This document shows positions 56,902-64,000 of a stretch of 64,000 nt of DNA, one piece after another (within the stretch, counting starts at the first letter, position 1; each line of letters opens with the position of its first letter). Source of the DNA: Candidatus Chisholmbacteria bacterium (GTDB taxonomy: Bacteria > Patescibacteriota > Microgenomatia > UBA1400 > Chisholmbacteraceae); contig CAVPHZ010000001.1 of the NCBI GenBank assembly GCA_963704905.1, forward strand, positions 259,438 to 323,437, written 5' to 3'. The position numbers and the translations under genes are program-made. The notes below the pieces were generated by a model that ran no database searches, was not told where the DNA came from, and saw only the letters and a program-made list of their open reading frames with translations.

Positions 56902-56953
56902 TTCATTGTAATCTTCTTTTCGATACGCTTTTCTCAAGAATTACCCTTGTGTG

Positions 56954-56962
56954 TGATATACT
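56954..56962 (+). promoter_or_regulatory. Extended -10 promoter, probably leaderless
   Basis: TGaTATACT followed 6 nt later by ATG 56969. Confidence 0.6.
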
Positions 56963-56968
56963 TTCGCC

Positions 56969-57370
56969 ATGTCTTCTCGAAGCCCAACTCGCCGACACGC
57001 TCATACTGTTCTTTCGCTCCGTGAGTCTTTTGCTCTCCTCTGGCGGGATCCTGTTGTAGGATTATCGTTTCGGATAACAGTTTTGCTTCTCGGGTTTTTT
57101 ATTTTTATTATGATGTTTTTTTATTGGAGGCTTCCTCCTGAGATACCTTTTGCATATTCACGTCCCTGGGGTGTTGGACAGCTTGTTCCACTGATATTTC
57201 TGTTTGTCATCCTCTCTTTAGTTGTGCTTATTATTCTGATCAACGCTTTGCTTGCAACATTCCTTTTTTCCAGAGAACAACTTCTTGCAAGGATACTGGT
57301 TTGGATAAGTGCTTTGGTTGTCTTACTTGTTGATATTACGGTATTGCGCGTCGTGTTACTGGTTACATAA
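56969..57370 (+). CDS. Small membrane protein (DUF1648-like)
   Basis: LPPEIPFAYSRPWG between TMs. Confidence 0.65.
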   Translation: MSSRSPTRRHAHTVLSLRESFALLWRDPVVGLSFRITVLLLGFFIFIMMFFYWRLPPEIPFAYSRPWGVGQLVPLIFLFVILSLVVLIILINALLATFLFSREQLLARILVWISALVVLLVDITVLRVVLLVT

Positions 57371-57374
57371 ATCC

Positions 57375-58481
57375 ATGGTATCGAGCAACTTATTTTCTCA
57401 AATATTCTTATTTCCGCTTCTCATCACATTTATACTCGCATTTATCTTTACGCCAGTCGTTCGGCGAGTTTATCTCTTACGTAAATGGCTTGATGATCCT
57501 GCTATTCAATCTCATCCGAAGGTCGTCCATACCTACCCAGTTCCCCGAGGGGGTGGTCTGGCTATCTATGGTGCTGTTGCAATCAGTGCTCTCATTTTTC
57601 TTGGTATAGATAAGCAAGTGATCGGAATTCTTCTCGGTGGATTTGTTATTGCACTGGTTGGTTTTTTTGATGACCTTCATGATTTAAACCCTTATCTTCG
57701 TTTATTTCTTGGATTTCTGGCTGCGGCATTGGTTGTCTTTAGTGGAGTAGGGGTTGCGTTTATCACTAATCCGTTTGGAGAAGGGGTTCTTCATCTCGAT
57801 TGGCCGAGAATTACTTTTTTTCTTTTTGGAGAAATGCATACTCTCTGGGTCATTTCTGATTTGTTTGCTCTGGTATGGATTGTGTGGAATATGAACATGG
57901 TGAATTGGTCAAAGGGTCTTGATGGACAACTTCCTGGAATCGTGGTTGTAGCTGCAATTGTGATTGCACTTCTATCTTTCCGGTTTACTGAAGATGTTAC
58001 TCAATGGGAAGTTTCTATTCTGGCAGCAATCACGGCTGGGGCGTACTTGGGTTTTCTTCCCTGGAACTTCTATCCTCAAAAAATTATGCCTGGGTATGGT
58101 GGAGGAGCATTGGCAGGATTCCTTCTCGGTACATTAGCTATTTTATCTGGAGCCAAGGTAGCGACAATGATTTTGGTCCTTGGAATCCCAACAATGGATG
58201 CTGTTTATACAATTGTCCGAAGAATGGCCTCAGGTAAATCTCCTGTTTGGGGGGATCGCGGTCATTTTCATCATCGTTTATTGGATCTGGGTTGGGGTAA
58301 GCGTCGAGTGGCCATATTTTATTGGATTGTGAGTGGTATCCTTGGAATGCTGGCACTTCAATTGAATGCTCGACAGAAATTGTTTACAATCGTGTCGCTT
58401 GCTTTGGTATTAGGAGGTATTCTTTTATGGCTCAGTCAATTTATCTTCTCGTCAAAAGCGCCAGACCGCGACAGTGGCTGA
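57375..58481 (+). CDS. WecA/TagO-like polyprenyl-phosphate HexNAc-1-phosphate transferase (MraY family)
   Basis: VPRGGGL, GFFDD, NMVNWSKGLDG, NFYPQKI, GDRGHFHHRL. Confidence 0.9.
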   Translation: MVSSNLFSQIFLFPLLITFILAFIFTPVVRRVYLLRKWLDDPAIQSHPKVVHTYPVPRGGGLAIYGAVAISALIFLGIDKQVIGILLGGFVIALVGFFDDLHDLNPYLRLFLGFLAAALVVFSGVGVAFITNPFGEGVLHLDWPRITFFLFGEMHTLWVISDLFALVWIVWNMNMVNWSKGLDGQLPGIVVVAAIVIALLSFRFTEDVTQWEVSILAAITAGAYLGFLPWNFYPQKIMPGYGGGALAGFLLGTLAILSGAKVATMILVLGIPTMDAVYTIVRRMASGKSPVWGDRGHFHHRLLDLGWGKRRVAIFYWIVSGILGMLALQLNARQKLFTIVSLALVLGGILLWLSQFIFSSKAPDRDSG

Positions 58482-59368
58482 AAAACTTTGCCCTTTTTGC
58501 GGCTCTCATTTTTTCTGGAAAGCTGTTTGTGGTTCAAAGCTTTGTTTCTGTCATATGGGCATTTGTCATTTTTTCGATTCTCACTTCTTCTGTATATCTT
58601 TTTAATGATGTCGTTGATGCTCCTCTAGACCGTAAACATCCTTACAAACGACTTCGCCCAGTTGCATCTGGAAAACTTCCTTTATCACTTGCACTTTTTG
58701 TTGCAATTCTAGGATTTTTTATTTCACTTGCATTTGCACGAGGTTTATCGCTTTTCTTTTTTCTTGCCTGTCTTGCATATCTCGTCCTTCACGTTCTTTA
58801 TTCCTTGTGGATCAAACATATTCCAATTCTTGATCTCCTGGCGATTGCAACCGGTTTCATTATTCGGGTATACGCCGGCGCGCTGGTTATTGATGCTCAT
58901 ATGAGTGTTTGGTTCTTACTCACCGTCATCTCCTTGTCCTTGTTTTTGGCCGTCGGAAAAAGACAGAGCGAGAGAACACTTCTCATTGGCCACGGGGAAG
59001 AGCTCTCTTCGCACCGTAGTACATTAGTCCGATACAGCAACAGGATTCTTGATGTATATACCAGCATGTTTGCAAATACAGTATGGATCACCTATGCCAT
59101 GTTTACTTTTCTTGAGCCTCAACGGGTTCCAACACGCCCTAAGGTGGTTGGCTTCTTGTCAGTTCTTCCTCATACCTTGGTTGCGCAAAAGTGGCTCATG
59201 GCCACTGTGCCAGTTGTTGTCTATGGAGTGATGCGATACCTCCAACTCATTTATGAGAGTAATAAGGGAGAAAGTCCTGATGAAGTTCTGGTTTCTGATC
59301 GACCTTTGCTTGGAGCAGTTATTGTATGGGCAATAATGGTTATTGCGGTTATCTATGGAATTGGATAG
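58427..59368 (+). CDS. UbiA family prenyltransferase, decaprenyl-phosphate phosphoribosyltransferase-like
   Basis: RPRQWLKN, YLFNDVVDAPLDRKHPYKRLRPVASG, GKRQSE; SD AGGAGGT before ATG 58427. Confidence 0.88.
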   Translation: MAQSIYLLVKSARPRQWLKNFALFAALIFSGKLFVVQSFVSVIWAFVIFSILTSSVYLFNDVVDAPLDRKHPYKRLRPVASGKLPLSLALFVAILGFFISLAFARGLSLFFFLACLAYLVLHVLYSLWIKHIPILDLLAIATGFIIRVYAGALVIDAHMSVWFLLTVISLSLFLAVGKRQSERTLLIGHGEELSSHRSTLVRYSNRILDVYTSMFANTVWITYAMFTFLEPQRVPTRPKVVGFLSVLPHTLVAQKWLMATVPVVVYGVMRYLQLIYESNKGESPDEVLVSDRPLLGAVIVWAIMVIAVIYGIG

Positions 59369-59400
59369 ATCGTTAAAAGTCTGGATACGAGGATGCACCT

Positions 59401-60288
59401 TCACTTCACAAGCTTGGCATAACGACCAGAGATCCAACCTTCCTGCCCATCACTGAGAAGGATTTTGTGCCAGCCGCTTTCATTGGTATCTAGATAACTA
59501 TATCTTTCACCTGGATTTACTTTCGCTACTTCGTTGTCTGCTGCAGTTGTTGGTTCTTTGCGAACCCGTAACCATCCTGTGGGAGTTTCAAGAATTTCAA
59601 TATACGGTTTATCTACTTTTGCAGAGGGTGATGCAGGTTTTGATTCTTCTGGTGTGGGTTTTGGTGACTCATCGTCCTCTGCTTCGGGTTTTTCTTCTCC
59701 ACTGGGAGAGGCTTGTGCAATAGGTTCTCGGGCAAGTTGTACATCCACCGTAAGCTTGTGTCCTGAAACGGTTTTTATTTGAATTTGCCGTTGCTTATAC
59801 CCTGGCGCTGAAACGGAAAGCGTGTGTTCTCCTTCCTCCACGTTTTTTACTTGGAGAGGAGTAAATCCCTTTGGCTGTCCATCCAATTTTACTGAAGCGT
59901 TGTCTGGTATTGATATGACCGCGATCTCCACTGCGTCGCTGGTTGCTAGTGGTTCTAGTGTTAAGGTTGCACCACTTGCTTCCTGCCTGTCTTGCGCAAA
60001 ATCATAGGTAATGACTGTGGTAATGCCGGGGTAAAGTTTGACTGTCGTCTCCCACTCTATTAATCCTTCTCCATCAGGAACGAGGCGAACATTGTAGTCT
60101 TGGCTCTTTAATTCCTGACTCTTAAACGGTGTTTCTCCGACTTTTTCGTCGTTTAAAAATACCGCTGCATTCGGATTTGTAGTTATTTGGATTGCTGCTT
60201 GTTGTCGCTGTAAAAAACCTGGAAGCAAACTGCATCCCGATAAGATAACGGCAGAAAAAATTGCGATAAATACCGCTTTTTTTCTCAT
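59401..60288 (-). CDS. Lipoprotein with PEGA domains and C-terminal SH3 domain
   Basis: LSGC lipobox; two PEGA units (GETP, GFTP); PTGWLRVR...EGWISGRY. Confidence 0.85.
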   Translation of the reverse strand: MRKKAVFIAIFSAVILSGCSLLPGFLQRQQAAIQITTNPNAAVFLNDEKVGETPFKSQELKSQDYNVRLVPDGEGLIEWETTVKLYPGITTVITYDFAQDRQEASGATLTLEPLATSDAVEIAVISIPDNASVKLDGQPKGFTPLQVKNVEEGEHTLSVSAPGYKQRQIQIKTVSGHKLTVDVQLAREPIAQASPSGEEKPEAEDDESPKPTPEESKPASPSAKVDKPYIEILETPTGWLRVRKEPTTAADNEVAKVNPGERYSYLDTNESGWHKILLSDGQEGWISGRYAKLVK

Positions 60289-60575
60289 AGAGGGCCTTAT
60301 GATAACAGAAATTCTTATCTGGTACAAGAAAATCTTTGCTTTTCGTGTTGGGTGGCTGATTCTGGTAGCGTCGATGAGGAAACGGAGATAAAAGCTGAGA
60401 TCTAGAAAGGTGTTGTTTAATTTCGATTTTCCAAAGCTAAGATAGCGATGGCCAAGAAGATAGCCGAAAAAAAGAATGGGAAATACATCTCTTTATTCTA
60501 AACTGACCTTTTTAAACTCCGTTAGATACTGGGAGCTGGTTTTTCTCGAGTTTCTGCTATAATTTTGAGGTAGTT

Positions 60576-60647
60576 GGCCTGGTGGCGAAGTGGTAACGCT
60601 GCGGTCTGCAAAACCGCGATGCGCGGGTTCGATTCCCGCCCAGGCCT
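60576..60647 (+). tRNA. tRNA-Cys (GCA), CCA not encoded
   Basis: GGCCTGG/CCAGGCC acceptor stem; GCGGT-CT GCA AA-ACCGC anticodon arm; GGTTCGATTCC T arm; TGcTATAAT upstream. Confidence 0.97.
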
Positions 60648-60668
60648 CAATTATGTAGAATCTTGTAC

Positions 60669-61724
60669 CTAGACGCTTCCTATTTGAATTGCCTGTTCGA
60701 GAAGGCGATTGGAATATCCCCATTCATTGTCGTACCAGGCCATAACTTTTACGAGAGTACCGTCTGTAACTTGCGTTAAGGAAAGATCGACAATGGCTGA
60801 TTCTGAACGGCCAATGATGTCGCTACTTACCAACGGCTCATCGGTTACGGCAAGGATGCCTTTCCAATGCAAAGCTGATGTAGCTTCTTTGAATGCATGA
60901 TTTACTTCATTCACTGTTGTGTTCTTCTCAACCAGATATGTAATATCGGAGATCGATCCGGTTGCCACCGGAACGCGTAGTGACACACCATCAAACTTTC
61001 CTTTCAGTTCGGGAATGGTTTTGGTTGTCGCCTTTGCTGCTCCTGTGCTGGTTGGGATGATGTTGAGTGCGGCAGCGCGAGCTCGTCGTAAGTCTTTGTG
61101 AGAGTTGTCCTGCAGACGTTGATCATCTGTATATCCATGAATGGTTGTAAGCATTGCTTTTTGTATCTTGAATTTTGAATGAATGATTGAGGTCACCGGA
61201 GCCGTGCAGTTGGTGGTACATGATGCGTTGTCGGCAATCTTACCTTTTCCGTCGTATTCATTTACACCCAATACATAGGTTCCTATGCTCTCACTTTTTC
61301 CTGGCGCTGAGATCAGGACTTTTTTTGCTCCAGCTTTTAGGTGAAGTGAAGCCTCTTCCTGCGTACGAAATTTTCCAGTCGACTCAATAACGACATCGAT
61401 GTCATAATTCTTCCAGGGAAGCTTGGATGGATCTCGTTGTGCTAATACAGGAATGGTTTTTCTTTCAAACTCAATACTTCCTAGTTGAGAATCTTTCTCA
61501 GTTGTTTCTTCAGGCTTCTTAAGTTCTTTTGCTTGAATACTTTCTTGGAGTTTTCCGTAGACCGTGTCATATTTGAGTAGATGTACCCAGCCTTCGATTG
61601 GCATTGATCCAGAAGTGTTAATGGCTACTATGTCGAGCTTTTTTTGAAGATCTTCTCTCCGTAACCAAGCTCTGACTGCTAAACGCCCTATTCTCCCAAA
61701 TCCATTTATCGCTAATTTAATCAT
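60669..61724 (-). CDS. gap: Glyceraldehyde-3-phosphate dehydrogenase (type I)
   Basis: MIKLAINGFGRIGR, NASCTTNC, WYDNEWGYS; start moved to 61724. Confidence 0.96.
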   Translation of the reverse strand: MIKLAINGFGRIGRLAVRAWLRREDLQKKLDIVAINTSGSMPIEGWVHLLKYDTVYGKLQESIQAKELKKPEETTEKDSQLGSIEFERKTIPVLAQRDPSKLPWKNYDIDVVIESTGKFRTQEEASLHLKAGAKKVLISAPGKSESIGTYVLGVNEYDGKGKIADNASCTTNCTAPVTSIIHSKFKIQKAMLTTIHGYTDDQRLQDNSHKDLRRARAAALNIIPTSTGAAKATTKTIPELKGKFDGVSLRVPVATGSISDITYLVEKNTTVNEVNHAFKEATSALHWKGILAVTDEPLVSSDIIGRSESAIVDLSLTQVTDGTLVKVMAWYDNEWGYSNRLLEQAIQIGSV

Positions 61725-62706
61725 TTGAATCTCCTTTTTCAATTGCATTAAGACCTGGTAAGGTGCCTTCTGATAAATATTGTAGCATTGCGCCTCCCCC
61801 CATTGAAATGTGGTCGAGTTTATTCTCAGCTTTGAAAACAGTTGCTGCGGCCTCTGTATCACCACCGCCGATGACAGTATACCCTGAAGAGTTATTCACT
61901 GCTTTGGCAATGATTTCTGTTCCACGCTCTGCATCTTCACTTTCAAACACACCCATTGGTCCGTTCCAGACAACTGTGCCTGCTGTTTCTATATGCTGAG
62001 CGAATTCGATTGCCGATTCTTCTAATATATCTCTACCATCTTTTCTCAATTGAGCTACTCGAATACACGCCATCACTTCTGGTGAGCAAGTATTTCCTAT
62101 TTCTTGAGCAAGTTTGCCACCCACCAATATTTCATCTGCTAGATTGACGATTTTTTCGATCAAGGGAAGTTTGGTCTTAAGCTTGGCTCCACCAATAACA
62201 AATACTACTGGTCGCGTAGGGTTGTCCCTTACTTTATTTAATGCTTTCACCTCTTTTTTGAAGTGTACGCCAATTGCTGAAGGAAGAAGTAGGGGGAGTG
62301 TAACAATCGACGCATGACTTCTATGTGAAACAGCGAAAGCGTCGTTGATAAATACTTCTCCTTTTTGTGCAAGACTTTGGGCAAAGTTTCTGTCATTTAA
62401 TTCTTCTCCAGGATTGAAACGGAGATTCTCCTCAACTTTTATTGGTGCTGAGCTGGGTAGTAAAGACCGTAGAAGCTTCTCAATGGGTGCTACTCTAAGC
62501 TTATCGACAATAATTCCCCCTGGACGATCAATGTGGCAGAGAATAACAATTTTTTCCGGTCTTCGTTTGAGTACATAGTGTATTGTCTCAAATGACGCTT
62601 TTATTCTGGTATCATCAACTACTTTTCCATTGTTTAGTGGGACATCGTAGTCTGAACGTAAAAGAACTTTTTTTCCTTCAATGTTTAAATCGTCAAGGCT
62701 TTTCAT
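61717..62706 (-). CDS. pgk: Phosphoglycerate kinase (shortened, 329 aa)
   Basis: RSDYDVP, ENLRF, NDAFAVSHR, WNGPMG, GGGDT, ISMGGGA. Confidence 0.94.
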   Translation of the reverse strand: MKSLDDLNIEGKKVLLRSDYDVPLNNGKVVDDTRIKASFETIHYVLKRRPEKIVILCHIDRPGGIIVDKLRVAPIEKLLRSLLPSSAPIKVEENLRFNPGEELNDRNFAQSLAQKGEVFINDAFAVSHRSHASIVTLPLLLPSAIGVHFKKEVKALNKVRDNPTRPVVFVIGGAKLKTKLPLIEKIVNLADEILVGGKLAQEIGNTCSPEVMACIRVAQLRKDGRDILEESAIEFAQHIETAGTVVWNGPMGVFESEDAERGTEIIAKAVNNSSGYTVIGGGDTEAAATVFKAENKLDHISMGGGAMLQYLSEGTLPGLNAIEKGDSND

Positions 62707-62749
62707 CTTTTCACTTGAAGTGTAGCATACTCATCTTATTCATTTTTAT

Positions 62750-62777
62750 TTGACTTCTGTACACTGTTTGATATAAT
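62750..62777 (+). promoter_or_regulatory. sigma70 promoter upstream of M23 gene
   Basis: TTGACT, 16 nt spacer ending TGa, TATAAT. Confidence 0.7.
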
Positions 62778-62787
62778 CCCTTCTCAT

Positions 62788-62811
62788 AAACCGCCAGAAG
62801 GTGGTTTTTTT
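62788..62811 (+). terminator. Intrinsic-terminator-like hairpin in the 5' leader
   Basis: AAACCGCC-AGAA-GGTGGTTT followed by a T run. Confidence 0.55.
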
Positions 62812-62865
62812 CTTGCTCATCACTATATGAGTCAAAACAGACATGTGGCCTGAATAAGCCGCACT

Positions 62866-63663
62866 ATGATACAAATGCCACAGTATTCATCTTCGCTCTC
62901 ATTGGCGGCGATGAAACCTCGATATTTCTTGTCGTATTTCGGCAAGCAGTTTATCTCATTATGTTCTTGGCTGTTTGAACTTCGCCTGCTTTGGTATCTC
63001 ATTATTGGAGTTTGGTTTTCTATTGTTGAGCATGGCACTGAGACTCTTCAACACCACATCCCGGATACTCAGGGGAGTGATTTGTTCAGCTTTCTTATTC
63101 GTCCATTTTTTGAACATCGTCTTGCTCGTGGTTTATTTGGCGTGAGTCTGATCGTAGCATTAGTTGTTGTCGGCTTCTTTGGTTCAATTCTTCCCTCACA
63201 ATCAACCACTGTGTTTGCTGACTTTCCAAGCGGGGCAACTGAACCTGCTACTGAACTTTCTATTGTTCAAGCTCCAACAGAAATTGTTGTGTCGACTGAG
63301 CGACGATATCAGATGCCTGTTGATTTAATTGGAGTTTCACAAGGCTTCCAACGCCATCACCCTGGAGTTGACCTTCGAGCTGCACATGAATCTCAGATTC
63401 AGCCTATTACAGAAGGTGTGATTGTGGATGTTGTTCATAGCGCATATGGTTATGGTCAAGCTATCATCATCAATCATGCAGACGGCGTTTCTTCAATGTA
63501 CGCTCATGTTGGAAAAATATTCATCGATCCTGGAGCTAATGTTGATAAAGACACCGTAATTGCAACAGTTGGACTCACAGGCTATACAACTGGTCCACAT
63601 CTTCATCTTGAAGTTTATAACAAGGGAGCTGCGGTTAATCCACAAGCGTTTCTAGGATATTAA
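62866..63663 (+). CDS. M23 family metallopeptidase
   Basis: HPGVDL, GYG, MYAH, TGYTTGPHLHLEV, VNP. Confidence 0.9.
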   Translation: MIQMPQYSSSLSLAAMKPRYFLSYFGKQFISLCSWLFELRLLWYLIIGVWFSIVEHGTETLQHHIPDTQGSDLFSFLIRPFFEHRLARGLFGVSLIVALVVVGFFGSILPSQSTTVFADFPSGATEPATELSIVQAPTEIVVSTERRYQMPVDLIGVSQGFQRHHPGVDLRAAHESQIQPITEGVIVDVVHSAYGYGQAIIINHADGVSSMYAHVGKIFIDPGANVDKDTVIATVGLTGYTTGPHLHLEVYNKGAAVNPQAFLGY

Positions 63664-64000
63664 CTCTTTACAAGGGTTCCCACGTCTTCTCCGAGAATAA
63701 CGCGTTTAAGATTTCCTTCCTCAAAGAGGTTGAATACAATGATTGGAAGATCGTTTTCCATACATAGGGAGAGAGCAGCAGTGTCCATGACTTGAATGCC
63801 GTCTTCTTTAATTGCGTCAATGAATTTTATTGTTGTAAAGTGTTTCGCATCCTTGTATTTCAATGGGTCTTTGTCATAAATACCATCGACCTTTGTCGCT
63901 TTGATAAATACTTCTGCGTTTAACTCTAATGCTCTCAGGGCACCACCTGTGTCTGTCGTAAAATATGGGCTTCCAACACCAGCTGCGAGAATCACCACTC
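63660..64000 (-). CDS. pyrH: Uridylate kinase (3' part)
   Basis: GSPYFTTDT, KATKVDGIYDKDP, VMDTAALSLC, LPIIVF. Confidence 0.95.
   Translation of the reverse strand, partial: VVILAAGVGSPYFTTDTGGALRALELNAEVFIKATKVDGIYDKDPLKYKDAKHFTTIKFIDAIKEDGIQVMDTAALSLCMENDLPIIVFNLFEEGNLKRVILGEDVGTLVKS

Noticed and set aside
60330-60570. Gap upstream of tRNA-Cys with tiny ORFs (e.g. minus-strand MYFPFFFSAIFLAIAILALENRN) or a possible att site
   Set aside because: No start signals, no integrase and no duplicated tRNA 3' end noticed.
1481-63038. Numerous 60-140 aa ORFs nested in or antisense to long genes
   Set aside because: Shadow ORFs with no recognisable motifs, fully overlapping well-supported genes.

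Overview
Gene-dense 64 kb window from a small-genome bacterium. Gene content and style point to Patescibacteria/CPR, Microgenomates-like (inference); TGA is used as a stop, so code 11. The flanks (1-16 kb, 43-64 kb) hold housekeeping and envelope genes: murJ, rpsT, pilN/pilO-like, GT-C glycosyltransferases, DUF2298, LCP, tpiA, pcrA, FemX-like pair, helicase-nuclease, rmuC, metG, tatD, WecA/TagO-like, UbiA-like, tRNA-Cys, gap, pgk, M23, pyrH. The middle (16.4-42.7 kb) is a large, increasingly AT-rich surface-glycan locus with many strand switches. The best lead lies inside it. An unannotated 35-36 aa ORF (39116-39226, minus) carries the RRE-binding leader motif YxxPxL (YVKPEL) and has its own consensus promoter and Shine-Dalgarno. 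It heads a tightly coupled operon: YdjC deacetylase, GT2, HprK-like kinase, PqqD/RRE, second GT2 paralog. Nearby are an ATP-grasp enzyme, a histidine phosphatase, a TRAM-less MiaB-like radical SAM enzyme, a PIG-L deacetylase, a soluble S24/S26 peptidase and a nucleotidyltransferase. This is lasso-cluster accessory machinery without a lasso cyclase or B2 protease in the window, so it is a candidate phospho/glyco-RiPP system embedded in a polysaccharide locus. Other observations: two frameshifted genes, one probably truncated gene, several apparently leaderless promoters, a head-to-head gene overlap and strong strand compositional bias. Family calls come from motif recognition by eye; no database searches were run.
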